64,000 nt of DNA from Negaprion brevirostris. Its lineage: Eukaryota. The notes beneath the pieces were generated by a model. That model did no database searches. It had not been told where the DNA came from and saw nothing but the letters and a program-made list of their open reading frames with translations. The stretch lies in contig JARDVH010000137.1 in assembly GCA_030324005.1 (NCBI GenBank), forward strand, positions 31,931,888 through 31,995,887. The letters are read 5' to 3'. This document shows positions 49,270 through 63,079 of this stretch, one piece after another. Made by a program: the position numbers and the translations under genes. Each line of letters opens with the position of its first letter. The first letter of the stretch is position 1.

Positions 49270-50804
49270 GTCCCAGAAGACAAGTCTCCTGGCCCTGATG
49301 GAATGCATTTCAGGGTACTAAAAGAGTCGGTGGGGAAATAGCAAATGCTCTAGTGGTAATTTGCCAAAATTCGCTGGACTCTGAGGTTGTTCCTTCAGAT
49401 TGGAAAACAGCAAATGTGACGCCACTGTTTAAAAAAAGGTAGACAAAAGGCTGGTAACCATAGGTCAGTTAGCTTAACTTCTGTAGTAGGGAAAATGCTT
49501 GAATCTATCATCAAGGAAGAAATAATAGTGAGACACCTGGATATAAGTTGTCCCATTGGCAAGACGCAGCATGGGTTCATGAAGGGCAAGTCGTGGTTGA
49601 CTAATTTGATGGAATTCTTTGAGAACATTACATGTGCAATGGACATTGGAGAACCTGTGGATGTGATGTATCTGGATTTCCAGAAGGCATTTGACAAGGT
49701 GCCACACCAAAGATTGCTGCATAAGATGAAGGTACATAGTGTTATGGGTAATGTGTTAGCATGGATAGAGGATTGGTTAACTTACAGAAAGCAAAGAATT
49801 GGGGTAAATGGATGTTTTTCTGGTTGGCGATCAGTGGCTAGTGGTCTAGTGCCTCAGGATCAGTGTTGGGATTGCAGTTGTTTATGATTTACATCAATGA
49901 TTTGCAGTTGGGGACCAAGTGTAGTATGTCAAAATTTGCAGATGACATTAAGATGAGTGGCAGAGCAAAGTGTGCAGAGGATGCTGAAAATCTGCAAAGG
50001 GATATAGATAATCTAAGTGGGTGTTTGAGGGCCTGGCAGATGGAGTACAATGTTGGTAAATGTGAGGTCATCCATTCTGGTAGGAATAACAGCAAAATGG
50101 ATTATTATTTAAATGGTAAAAAATTGCAGCATGCTGCTGTGCAAAGGGACCTGGGTGTCCTTGTGCAAAAATCACAAGGAGTTGGTTTGCAGGTGCAGCA
50201 GTTAATTAAGAAGGCAAATGGATTTTTGTCTTTCATTGCCTAGAGGGAAGGAGTTTAAAAACAGCGAGGTTATATTACAGCTTTGTGAGGTGCTGATAAG
50301 GCCACATCTGGATACTGTGTATAGTTTTGGTCTCCTTACTTGAGAAAGAATACAGTGGCACTGGAGCGGGTACAGACGAGATTCACTAGGTTGATTCTGG
50401 AGTTGAGAGGATTGGCTTATGAGGAGAGACTGAGTAGACTGGGGCTATACTCGTTGGAGTTCTGAAGAATGAAGGGAGATCTTATAGAAACATATAAGAC
50501 TATGAAGGGAATAGATAAGATAGAAAAAGGGAAATATTTTCCACTCGCGGGTGAAACTACAACTAGGGGTCATAGCCTCAAAATAAGGGGAAGTGGATTT
50601 AGAACTGAGTTAAGGAGGAATCTCTTCACCCAAAGAGTTGTGAATCTGTGGAATTCCCTGCCTAGTGAAGCAATTGAGGCTACCTCATTGAATGCTTTTC
50701 AGGCAAGGATAGATACATTTTTGAAGATAAAGAAATCAAGGGTTATGGTAAGCGGGCGGGTAAGTGGAGCTGTGTCCATGAAAAGATCAGCCATGACTTT
50801 ATTG
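49270..50804 (+). mobile_element. CR1 LINE ORF2 (RT to 3' end), frameshifted
   Basis: KSPGPDG, QHGFMKGKSWLTNLMEFFE, YLDFQKAFDKVPH, SKFADD and FTQRVVNLWNSLP. Confidence 0.93.
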
Positions 50805-51378
50805 NNNNNNNNNNNNNNNNNNNNNNNNNNNNNNNNNNNNNNNNNNNNNNNNNNNNNNNNNNNNNNNNNNNNNNNNNNNNNNNNNNNNNNNNNNNNNNNN
50901 NNNNNNNNNNNNNNNNNNNNNNNNNNNNNNNNNNNNNNNNNNNNNNNNNNNNNNNNNNNNNNNNNNNNNNNNNNNNNNNNNNNNNNNNNNNTTCAACCAC
51001 ATGCAGCTGATGAGCTCTGTCATCAGGCAAAAGATATCTGCTGGTGATGCAGTGACAGGCGGGGAACTTGAGGCAGAGATGCCAAAGGCCATGTTCAAAC
51101 TGGACCCAAGACTCAAGAGGGCCATTCACATTCTGTCAGCCATGGTGGTTCCAGCATGTGAGACCCGGGTCCAGCAGAACACACGGCGACTAAGGGAATG
51201 CACCCAGCCCTGTACTCCATCACTCTAACCATAGGTACAGTGCAGCAGTGGTTGGGCTAAAGGGGAATGGGGTTCCTCAGCCTCCCTCCAGAGTGTGAAA
51301 TACACAATTTAACAGAAAATCAAAATCTTTCACAAATGACAACGACTGTTGTGCCTTTATTGAAATAGGAAAACATCA

Positions 51379-52767
51379 CAAAAAAATGCTGAACTCAATG
51401 ACATGAGCACTGTCTGTCTGAAAATGAAAAAGTTTCAAATATTGATTGAACACCATAAAAAAAGTAATACATCACAAAAATAAAACACTGAACTCACTCT
51501 GAGAGAAGAACTTTGTGCCAGAAAATCAAAGCTCTTCACAATTGAATCAAATGTTGTTAGACCTTCAACAACACAGTAGTACATTTTTAAAAAAATGCTG
51601 AGCAAGCAGAAGAGATGTGTAAGGGCCAGACAATGCCTGAATAAGATGTAGCTGGAGTGAGAAGTTGGGAATATGATGTAGTGGAACAAAGAGACTTTTT
51701 TCTCTTTTTTTTTCAGCTTCCAGTAGTTGGTTCCTTGTCTCCAAGCTAGGTAAGTGCAACTTACTGTCATTTTTAATTATTTAATTAACATTACAGTTAA
51801 CAACTGTATAAGCTATTAACAAATTGACTAAATAAATAAGGTTGGGCAGAAATGACAGGGTTGGTGGTGAGCCACGACTACAGATTTGGGAATCTGTGGG
51901 ATGCACTGCAATCCTGTGCACCCACGCCTATGGGAAGTATCTGCAGCTTAAGTAACTTCAGCTCCGAGTTGCTGAGCTGGAGTCTGAGTTGGGGGCATTA
52001 CGAAACTTCAGGGAGGGGGAAGAGTTACCTAAATATTTTGCAGGAAGCAGTTACTCCCCTTGGGTTAGACAGAACTTGGTCAATGGTTAGGGATATCATA
52101 TCAATACTGTCATTAGACAAATCAGGCAGGTACTAGCATGTAGCGATGGAGTTTCAGCCTTTGACTTTATCCAAGAGGTACAAGAAGGTGCCTGCTACCT
52201 GTGTGGATCAGGAGAAGGACTGCAACATGAATGACTGGATTGACTATGGCACTATGGTGAAGGATGCCATTAATTGAGGGGTATGAAGAGGAATATGGTC
52301 GGGATAGGGGACAGATACTGTTCCCCACTGTCGGGAGTCTAAGTCCAGACAGCTGTGTAGTTTGTTTTGGGTTTGGGATATCTGCTCAGGGCTGGAGGGG
52401 AATGTGCAGTGGGAGGTGAAGGAACCAGTGTTCATGATGCATGTAACTACCAATGGAAGCGATAAAACAGGCTTCTGCAAAGAATGTATGTGGGCAAAAA
52501 AATTGCTGACCTCAGTGAGATGAACACTCTGGCAGAAAATGAAAAAGTTTCAAACATTGATTGAACGCCATAAAGAAAAATATATCACAAAGAATAAAAC
52601 GCTCAACTCACTGGAAGAATTTTGTGCCAGAAAATCAAAGCTCTTCACAATTGAATCAAATGTTGTTAGACCTTCAACACAGTAATACATTTAAAAAAAT
52701 GCTAAGCAAGCAGAAGGGATGTGCAAGTACCAAACAGTGCCTGAATGAGATGTAGCTGGCATGAGAA
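51379..52767 (+). repeat. ~280-bp diverged direct repeat (51379-51663 and 52495-52767) flanking a CR1 ORF1-like fragment (~51850-52480)
   Basis: The two copies align along their length, with a 59-nt identical core. The spacer encodes LRVAELESEL..LRNFREGKSYL..LQEAVTP-like CR1 ORF1 remnants. Confidence 0.8.
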
Positions 52768-52775
52768 TATCAACA

Positions 52776-52995
52776 AATTCCCTAGTCGCCACACTCCGGC
52801 ATCTGTTTAGGTACACTGAGGGAGAATTCAACATGGCCAATGCACCTAACCAGCACATCTTTGGACTGTGGGAGGAAACCAGAGCACCCGGAAGAAACCT
52901 ACACAGACGTGGGGAGAGCGTGCAGACTCTGCATGGTCAGTGACCCCGGGTCCCTGGCACTGTGAGGCAGCAGTGCTAACCACTGAGCCATGATG
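52776..52995 (-). mobile_element. HE1/V-SINE-type SINE
   Basis: gcacatctttggactgtgggaggaaaccagagcacccgg...gaggcagcagtgctaaccactg. Confidence 0.85.
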
Positions 52996-53199
52996 CTGCT
53001 CTGTATACCCACTGAGTACCAGTGTAAGGGGAAAACTACAATTTCTACTGTCTAAGAGGAAAGTGCTGATTGGTTGGCAAGTGGACTCTGGTTGAAGCAT
53101 TGCCATGGAGAATGCACCAGATGACTGACAGATAAATGGCAAGCATGTAATGATGCAACACAATATAGGGTAACCTTATTGTGAAGATGGGACTTTGTC

Positions 53200-53870
53200 T
53201 CCAAAAGGGCTATGCGGTGATCACTCCTACTGATACTGTCGAGGACAGATGCATCTGTGGCAGGCAGATTAGATTGGTGAGGATGGGCGCAGGTATGTTT
53301 TTCCCTCACCATTTGCCGCAGACCCAGTCTAGCAGCTATGTCCTTTAGGATTCAACTGGCTTGGTCTTCGGTGATACTACTGAGCCATTCTTGGTGGTGG
53401 ACATTGAAGTCCCCCATCCAGAGTACACTCTGGTCCTTTGCCACCCTCAGTGCTCCATCTGCATGGTGTTCAACATGAAGTAGTACTGATTCATTAGCTG
53501 AGGGGCTGCAATACATGATCAGCAGATTTCCTTGCCCATGTATGATGTGATGCCAAGAGATATCACGGGGTCCAGACTCAATGTTCAGAACTCACAGAGC
53601 AACTCCCTCCCGATTGTACATAACTTTGCCATCATCTCTGCTATCTGTCCTGCTGTTGGGAATAGGACATGCCCAGGGATGGTGATGGTGATGGTGATAT
53701 CTGGGACATTACCTGTAAGGTATGATTCTGTAAGTATGTCAGGCTGTTGCTTGCCTAGTCTGTGAAACAGCTCTCCAAATTTTGGCAGATGTTAGTAAGA
53801 AGAATTTGGTAGGATCGGCAGGGCTGTTTTTGCTGTTGTCATTTTCAGCATCTAGGTTAATGCTGGGTGG
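53200..53870 (-). mobile_element. LINE endonuclease fragment (CR1-like)
   Basis: Minus strand reads ALRVAKDQSVLWMGDFNVHHQEWL (APE-endonuclease GDFN motif). Confidence 0.75.
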
Positions 53871-53919
53871 TCAGTCTGGTTTTATTTATTTTTAGTGGCT
53901 TTGTAGCGGTTTGATACAA

Positions 53920-55590
53920 CTGACTTGCTAGGCCATTTCAGAGGATGTTTAGGAGTCAACCACTTTGCTGTGGCTCTGGAGTCACATGTAGGTCAGACCA
54001 GGTAAGGACGGCAGATTTCCTTCCACAAAATAAATTAGTGAACCAGATATGTTTCTGTAACAATCGACAATGGTTTCATGATCATCAGTAGGCTCTTAAT
54101 TCCAAATTTTTATTAAATTCAAGTTCCACCATCTGCTATTTGGGTCTCCAGAACATTACTCTGGGACAAATGCCAAGCTTGTCATGTCTCTGCATTATCA
54201 GTCCAGTGACAATACCACTACGCCACTTCCTCCCCCATCTGGTGTATGGCCACCAACAGCAGATCCTTCCAGGTTTGAACAAGATATCACGGCAGTTGCC
54301 ATCATTCTTATATTTTAGTAATGGAAAATATAAGAATCATGGCAACTGTTGTGATATCTTGTTCAAACCTGGAAGGAAGGCTGTTCGTAGCTTCTGCATC
54401 TGGACGGCTGGCCAGTAAAGAGATAAAGGGTATTCTCTGAAAAAGTGGCTAATGACACCCATTAGCATTAAAGAACAAATATAGAGGACTGCTACAATTC
54501 CTGTGGAGAGCAGGGTGGGAAATGGTTCAGAAATTATTGGAACNNNNNNNNNNNNNNNNNNNNNNNNNNNNNNNNNNNNNNNNNNNNNNNNNNNNNNNNN
54601 NNNNNNNNNNNNNNNNNNNNNNNNNNNNNNNNNNNNNNNNNNNGAAGAGGTCCCACCCTCAAGCGTTTAATGATATTCACAGCTGTGACCTCTGCAGTAC
54701 ACAGAGCGCGGAGATTTGGGTGAGAAGCTGAACTGACAGAACAGTCAGGATTTAAAACAGTTTTCCCGCCAAATAAGCACTTTTGGGAGAATCGTCCCCA
54801 CTGCTTCAGTCTGTACTGGATTTTTGCATCTATAGCTCTTCAGCACATGGAAAAAAACTAAACCACCTTTTAAACAGACAATTTTACAAGTATTTATAAC
54901 TTTACAAACACTAACTACACAACACTTAACCCTAATTCCCTCATACTTCTTCTCCCACCCCTCCCCCACTGCTCGCATTAAACCCCTGCAAGGGACAGAA
55001 GCCAAACGTGCCACAAGCTGCTGGGCAATCAGAGGCCTCAATCAAGTACCCAGTGCCTTTGAGCATGGGACCCATCCCAGGGAGTCAGAAGCAGCACAGA
55101 CATGGTTCACTTTTCAGGTTTCCCACATGATGCACCCCCACTCACTGTCAGGTGAATACCCAATGATGGCAGCATGATGATGCCCCTTAAGTTGGGATTA
55201 AAAGGCCCTCATTTGGGGGTTTGGCAGAACAGCCATCAACAAACCTTCTCATCGTGGAATAACTTTTGAGGTGAAGCAATGGCCTAGTGGTATTATCGTT
55301 AGACTATTAAATCAAGAAACTTAACTAATGTTCTGGGGACCCGGGTTCGAATCCTGCCACAGCAAATATATCTGGAATTAAGGATCTACTGATGACCACG
55401 AAACCATTGTTGATTGTTGTGAAAGCCCATCCATTCACTAATGTCCTTTAGAGAAGGAAATCTGCTGTCCTTATCTGGTCTAGCCTACATGCGACTGCAG
55501 AGCCACAGCAAGGTGGTTGATCCGCAACTGCTGTCCAAAGGCAATAATTGCCAGCCAGCCATGAAGCCCGTTGTCCCATGAATGAATAAC
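53920..55590. mobile_element. Two oppositely oriented copies of the second SINE family (minus 53920-54235, plus 55275-55590)
   Basis: ggcctagtggtattatc...ggggacccgggttcgaatcc (tRNA A/B-box-like) and gaaaccattgttgattgt...gaaggaaatctgc, with the reverse complement at 53920-54235. Confidence 0.75.
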
Positions 55591-56070
55591 AAAAAATACT
55601 CTGGATATAGGTGGCAAGGCAATGGTCATCCCACTCGCCATCACCAGTCTGAATAAATACCCCCTCATTACCAATTCACCACAGGAAAAAGCATTATACC
55701 GCCTGGGCAAGATAAATGATCTCCAATTAAATCATCAATCCAGGTGGTGAATTTTGCATAGTGCATCTGTTTGAGATCATGAAGATTGGTAATTTATTCC
55801 ATGGGGGAAACTGTTTCCTTGAACATATCAATCCAAGATGAATTGACATCCTCTAACTTTTTTGATTACACTTGACAATCAAGGAGTATTTAGGTAAAAC
55901 CTTCTCTTCTGAGACTAGATTAAAATTGAATGTATAACAGAGAAGCTTTGTTGCTTGGTGGTGAAATGAGCAAGTTGAAAAAATAACATGGTCTTTTCAG
56001 ACCTTCCTGTAATCTTGTAAGTATCCCTGGCTGCCAATAGTATTTCAGAGCAATTAACAGTGATTGAAGA

Positions 56071-56152
56071 CCAAGTGGCGCCTCTCGTCAAAAGCCCACC
56101 AAGGTGGCGCCTCTCGTCAAAAGCCCACCAAGGTGGCGCCTCTCGTCAAAAN
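56071..56152. repeat. 29-bp tandem repeat (ccaaggtggcgcctctcgtcaaaagccca), about 3 copies running into a gap
   Basis: Directly visible near-identical units. Confidence 0.85.
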
Positions 56153-57669
56153 NNNNNNNNNNNNNNNNNNNNNNNNNNNNNNNNNNNNNNNNNNNNNNNN
56201 NNNNNNNNNNNNNNNNNNNNNNNNNNNNNNNNNNNNNNNNNNNNNNNNNNNGGTTGGACTGAAACCTGGCGTTGTCAGACTTTTTACTATAACAACTGGT
56301 TCACTGTATTCTGGGACATGTCCTGACAATGACAGCCATCAGAGGGCACCCTTTACTAAGGAGTTCATCTTGACTGGACTTCATGCAGTTAGCTGGTTTG
56401 TCGATCTGGGTAACGTTTTCAGTTCGCTGAGCATTGGTGCTTGAAGTTAAATTGTATTATTACAAAATGTCCTCCCAGGTTTCTGTAATGTGGAACAAAC
56501 AGTAAAAGTAGTGCTGTTTAGTGTGACCACTACTGGCACAGTTTGTAGTTTGTGTTCACATTCTCTCATGGTGCGCAACTTTCATTGGTCTGTTCAGTAT
56601 GCTCTGAATCATAGAAATATTAGAATGGTTGCCCTACTGAAATAAGCCATTTGGCCCTTTGTGACTGTGCCTGTCTCTGCAAGAACAACTCAGTTGGTTC
56701 CACTCCCCATCTTTTCTCTGCAGTCCTATATTTTGCGTAATTGTCCAATTCTCTTCTGAAAGTCATGATTGTATCTGCTTCCACCACACTCTCGGACAGT
56801 GTGTTCACTGCGCAAATAACATTTTTCTTCTTGTCATCTTTGGTTCATTTTCCATCACGTCAATTTGTTAACTCTGTTCTCGACCTTTCCCACAATAGGA
56901 ACTGTTTCTCTCTACCAAGACTCCTCATGATTTTGAACACCACTATTAAATCCTCTCAATTTTCCCTTCTCTAAGTTTCAGCTTTTATTCACATAATTAA
57001 AAAGTCCTTCATCCCTGCAACCATTTTCATCAATGCTTTTTTCATCTAATGTCTTCACACCCTTTCTAAAGTTTGGTTTCTAGTAGTGGACACAATATTC
57101 CAATTGAAGCCAAAATCTTTTAAATATTCACCAGGACTTCCTTCTGTTTGTGTTCTATGTCTTTACCCAGGTTTCTGCTTCTTATTAACCACTTTCTGGA
57201 CCTGCCCTGCCAGCTTCAATGATGTGTGTGCATATATACTCTCAGATCCTCTGTAATTGCATCACTTGTAGAATTGCATCCTTTATTGCTGTCACACTGA
57301 TCTACATTACAAAGTGACCATACTTCAAAAATGCTTCATTGTCTGTGTGAAAATCCAAGGTCATGAACAGAACTTATATAGATGTGTGCTCTTTTTTCCA
57401 TATAATCTGCAGCTGAGAATTGCTCTGTCTGGTTGTGCAGTGTAATTTGCACTTGTTCTGTTTGATCATAATAGGTAACTCTTGACTCTGTTCTTGAGGT
57501 GTTATGTCAAGGCCTTGTCTCCCTGTCTATATCAAGACCCTCTCTTCCTTTCTATGTGAATACATCAAAGCCCTGTCCATCTGTCTACCCTTGACCTACA
57601 TCAAGGTCCTGGCTACACATACACCTATCTTCCCATCTACACCAAGACTCTGTCTTTGACAAGACCCTG

Positions 57670-57900
57670 CCAACCTCAGGTGGCTGTGAAAGATCTCTTG
57701 GCACCATTTTGATAAAGAACAGGGGAGTTGTCCTGGTGTCCTTCCCAAAACAACAAATAAACAGATGACCCAGTCGTTATCACATCACTGTGTGGGGCAG
57801 CTTTCTGGATGAAAATTAACAGCCATTTGTCACTTCAAAACATTATCATTGGCTGTAAATCATTTTGGGATGTCCAGTGATCAGCAGAAGTGCTATATAA
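57670..57900 (+). mobile_element. Deu-domain SINE remnant
   Basis: ctcaggtggctgtgaaagatctcttggcaccattttgataaagaacaggggagttgtcctggtgtcc. Confidence 0.65.
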
Positions 57901-58579
57901 ATTCAAAACCTTTTTAAAAAGTTGTCAATTATTTGCATTGTGCAATTTGAGAGTGCTGTTTCTGGTCAAATTATGTCATTCATGGTTTTTACTGATAACC
58001 TGTTTCCTTGACCTGGTTGAGTGCATTCTATACCCAATCATCTGGAGGAACACAAGAACATCCTGTGGCAATCAGCCATTGATTAGGTTTATTATTTAAA
58101 GTGTGGTGAGTGTGGAGATTGGCACAGATAGCTAAGTGGGAAAGTGGTGATGATGAAGACTTGTTTCAAAAAAGGATTTTTCTCTCACCTCCCTCACCTC
58201 CCTCTCCCCTCTGCCCTTCCCAGAACCCACCCCACTGCATCAATCCGGTTGTACCCTTCCATATCTCCCTTCTCTCTCCGAGCATGTCCTTTCTTGCACC
58301 ATATCCCCTGGCTGCAGCCTCATCTGCCATCCCCTTCACTCTTCCACCTATCCACACACCACCACTCTTCCCTTTTTTCTTCCTCACACTCTAAATCCCC
58401 CACCCCACACCCTCAACTTCCAACCCCCTCCATCTCCTCACTTTCCAGCTCTCTTCCCCATCCTACAATTTCCCTCCNNNNNNNNNNNNNNNNNNNNNNN
58501 NNNNNNNNNNNNNNNNNNNNNNNNNNNNNNNNNNNNNNNNNNNNNNNNNNNNNNNNNNNNNNNNNNNNNNNNNNNNNAA

Positions 58580-58962
58580 GTCACTACTGTATCTGCTTCC
58601 ACTACCTTCTCTGACAATGAGTTCTAAGCACCCACCATCCCTCTGTGTAAAAAACCTGCCCTATACATCTCCTTTTAACATTGCCCCTCGCACCTTAAAC
58701 CTATGCCTCTAGTAATAGACTCTTACAGCCCGGGAAAAAGCTTCTGACTATCCACTTTGTCCATGCCCCTCATAATCTTGTAGACTTCTATCAGGACGCC
58801 CCTCAACCTCCGTCGTTCCAGTGAGAACAAACCAAGTCTGTCCTCAATGCTAATACCCCTCCATACCAGGCAACATCCTGGTAAATTTTTTCCGTATGCT
58901 CTCCAAAGCCTCCACATTACTCTGGTAGTGTGGCAACCAGAATTGAACACTATATTCCAAGC
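58580..58962 (-). mobile_element. CR1 LINE 3' fragment
   Basis: LGLFSLERRRLRGVLIEVYKIMRGMDKVDSQKLFP. Confidence 0.85.
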
Positions 58963-59329
58963 CATTAATATGGGATAGTGCCATCTGCTGTCCAGAAGGT
59001 ATTTGCAGAAGGAAGTGTTCGTGAACTACTTGGAGGATTTAGACATATCTCACTATACAGAATACATTGAAAATAGATCTGAAAACAGGGGAGCAATTCT
59101 TGGAGTGGTAGAGAAATTGCCCATTGCAGGAGTTCAATTGATTTTTGGAAATTATAGTGTTGGATTTCAAATATTGACTTCTTCTAGTGGTACAAGAACC
59201 TATTAGACTATAAGATATTGGAGCAGAATTAGGCTGTTCAGCCCAACGAGTCTGCTCTACCTTTCAATCATGGCTGATATGTTTCTCAACCTCATTCTCC
59301 TTCTTTTCTCCTAACCTTTGATGCCCTTA

Positions 59330-59645
59330 CCTTACCACTGCCTCAGGAAAGCAGCCAGCATCATCAAGGAGACCACGTACCCCGAACGTTCTCTTTTCCA
59401 CCACCTTCTGTTGGGAGAAAGATGCAAAAGTCTGAAGTCACGTACCAACTTACTCAAGACCAACTTCTTCCCTGCTGCCATCAGACTTTTGAATGATCCA
59501 ATCATATATTAAGCTGATCTTTCTCTTCACTCTACCTGTAACTGCAACAATATATTCTATGCCCTATCCTTTCCTTCTCCCCTACGTACTCTATGAATGG
59601 TATGTTTTGTCTGTACTATGTGTGAGAAACAATACTTTTCACTCT
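59330..59645 (+). mobile_element. Rex1/Babar-like LINE 3' end
   Basis: CLRKAASIIKE..YP...LF...RCKSLKSRTNLLKTNFFPAAIRLLN; same family as 40270-40910. Confidence 0.7.
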
Positions 59646-62600
59646 GGCACGCTCAATTACATCTGGGCAACAAATGTTTTTGACAAATGGGCCAGAATTC
59701 TCCAGCTGTTCATGCCACAGGGATTCTCAGGCCCCACTGCAATGAATGGAGATTTGGCTGAGCACCAACTTCTCCATCCTCGTTTGCAGTGGCAGGGGAC
59801 ATGAAAAGCCAGAGAATTCCAGGCATGGTATCTGCCAGGACCATGCCATGCTCACAGAACCCTTATATTGTTCAGAACCCAGTTCCTCAAAGCTTTGCAT
59901 TTTTTAATTCTCTCCTTCACTATTTTTATAGTGAGGTAATATTTGATCCAACAGACTTGCCATTATCTCAGATGCATTTCTCCATCTGCTCTGCAGCAAT
60001 GGCTATGGGAATGGTGGATGTTGATGCGTGTGACTGCACCTGTCCTACTTCTTTACTGACACTTTATTTTCAGGTCTGTACTAGAGATATGTTGCCAGGA
60101 AATGCAGGGCATTTATATGACAGTCCTTGGAGGAAAATCTTACCATCACGCCCTGCCAGCTGGTAAGATTATGCGGGAGCCGAGAAATCAGATTCGCGCC
60201 CGATTTCTTGCCTCTTGCAATCCTAATGGCATTGCATATTTGGCAAGGTCAGTCTCACCCCTGTGTCTGGTTCATGGCTGAATAAATTATTTAAATATAT
60301 GTAATAACTCATTTAAATGAAATTAGCAAGCCCGGGACATCATTGTCTGGGTTCATCTGCCTCTGTGGGCTCACTAGGAGATGTTCTCTACAGCAGGGAA
60401 AACTGCTGGTCCCCACAAATGAGGATCAGTCAAATGGCCTCACTGGTAGAACAGAAGGCCGTTGAGACCCTGAGGAAGTTGTGGGAAAGTGGGGATGTAT
60501 CCTGGCATTGCCCACCAGGCAGTGCCAAGGGGGAGGGGCCTGAGGGGGCAAGAACTATGGTGGGGGGGGGTCGATCAGCGCAGGGGGAGTGCTGCACACT
60601 CTTCAGTCGCAATTGATAGGGAAGGGAGGGGGAGCCCACTGCCACTCTGCAGACAATCGGTGAGGGAGGGGTGTTGGAGGTGTCTTGCCATTGGTAGTGG
60701 ATCCCCATGAAAGCTGAGGTGGGGGAGGGCTGGATTGAGGCTGGCTGCAGCAGCAGAGGCCTAACAGCTCTCTCAGACAGGTCTTTCTCTCTCCCTCAGA
60801 CCTTTCAGACTTCCACTGGTTGCCATTGCACATGTACAGTCATAGAGGTCTGCACATGTGCAATGGTGCCCTCTGCTGCTACTGCAGGCTAACTGGCAAT
60901 TTAAACCCTGCCCCCTTCCCCCACAGGTGAGGTTTAATCCATTTTTTTCCTGAATTAAGTGCATAAGATTCTGTATTTGATTTCACCCAAAAATAGGTGA
61001 GAAACTCTCCTGTTTTCCCGTCCATCCTGGACTTAGAATTATTTTGGTAAGATTGACACCATCCCCTTGTCTTTAAAGTTAACTCGAATAAAGAAATTAA
61101 AGCGGTCAGAGGCAGGAAGTTCCTTAGTTTGTCACCACCTGCGCACAATATTCCAATTGCAACCACAAGAAAATTGTCAAGTAAGATAGGAGAAGACATG
61201 TACTAATCACTAGAGAATATTGAAGTAGAAGTGTTTTGTGTCATTGAAGGGATGAAAATTTCTACAACACCAGAAACTGATAGAAAAGGATGTTGCTTCT
61301 TGGAGGAACCTACAATGTTAAAACATCTTTCTAACTTCTCTGTAATGTCTTCATTCTAAGTGAACTTGAAGGTAGGCCAATCATGTCATCCCTCATTGTT
61401 GCAAGAGCAATGGGGGAAGAGCTCCCATTGGGGGCTCAGCCCAGGGTTTGTCAGAAGGAAAAGATTATAACCCCGAAAGGAGAGATATATGACAGCAATT
61501 CGAATAGAATAGATGAATCCATAGAACAGAAACTAAATTAATTCACAATTACAATAAGTGTGTACAGACTGATGGAAGGCAAGTACAGAACTGCTATCAG
61601 GAACGAGTTTGTAGCACAAGCAATGATCAAAGAGGAAACTGGCAGGAATATTCATGCAATTCTTTTGTTCAGTCCATGGACATGTTTTTGGCTGATCTCT
61701 CAAAATTTCCCTTTGCATTGTCCAACGAAATAGGTCCAGTGCAGGTACAGTAAAGCTCCTACTGCACTGTCTCACATCAAATACTGCCTGCGCAGGAAAT
61801 GATTAGTTGTACACAGATTAAAATACCTTCTCCACCTTTACATCAGTCATATCCTGGGCATATAAAACATGACTTAGATACAGAGCAAAACTCTTTCTAG
61901 AAGATTAATTCACTGGCTGTAGCCAACCCAGATATTATATTTGTTCAAAGTAGTGCACAGCTCCCATGATGTTGCCCAATGTAATACTACAGTTCAGATA
62001 CAACATGGGCAGTCTACAGAATAAAATTTCCAAAACNNNNNNNNNNNNNNNNNNNNNNNNNNNNNNNNNNNNNNNNNNNNNNNNNNNNNNNNNNNNNNNN
62101 NNNNNNNNNNNNNNNNNNNNNNNNNNNNNNNNNNNNAAACAAATAACCACTAACCTTTTCCAGGTGAAGTAGAGGCAGGCCTACATACCAGTTAAGCTCT
62201 GGTGATTTGCTGCATCAACGGTTGAACTAATGGGAGATGTTGGACAACCCCTAGTCGCTGGTTAGACTCGCATTGTGGCTATGTCATGGGCCGGTTGGAT
62301 TTTCAGTAAAATTTCATTGCCCTATTTGGAAGTGAATAAGCTCACTCCCGTAATTGCAATTCCCAAAACTGACAGGTAGAGGTCATGTCAGAGATTAAAA
62401 TGCAAATCATCTGAGACAGGAACTCCAAAATATTCAGGAAATACATTCTTCTGAGTTTCTTTAACTCAATTGGGGCCTCTCTTGCACTTACTAACAACGC
62501 AGGCATCCCTCTGCCATCTCTGATAAGGTGTATGTAACCATGGATATTAACATGTCTCCAGGTGACATCACAAAGGAGCCAGCAGCCAATCAAACACAGC

Positions 62601-63079
62601 AGCCAGGAATGATGTCACAAAGCAGCTGGGGACCACCCACTGGAGGTGTTACATGGTCACATGACCAGCCTCTGCTCAGTGTATAGGTTCACTTTGTAAT
62701 ATCGCTCCCATATATTGAGCTTCCAGATATAATGTAACCTCTCAAAATTGCTTCTTATCAAACCCGACTCCTCTTGTAAATGTGAAGTCCCACTATTTAA
62801 TAGCCACATGTCCACCTCTCGCTTTATACACCACATACTCTGTCTCTCTGTTATCACAACGTGTATCCTCCCTGTCTTCTCCAGCCAGCAGAAACAAAAC
62901 AGTTTGAGGAAGTGGTATTTGGGTGAGGTAGGGATATTGTGACTTCCTCTGTGTTTCGAAGAGACTCCATTCCCTGTAATAGATAGATGCAATAAGTAAT
63001 GAAATCATCAGGAGTATAAGTCAGATAGTTGAAGCGTTGGAACTACAATCAGATCACAGACAATAATGGGCTAATATTC

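Noticed and set aside
49495-50804. Active reverse transcriptase gene
   Set aside because: CR1 ORF2 is broken by frameshifts and stops, and is 5'-truncated.
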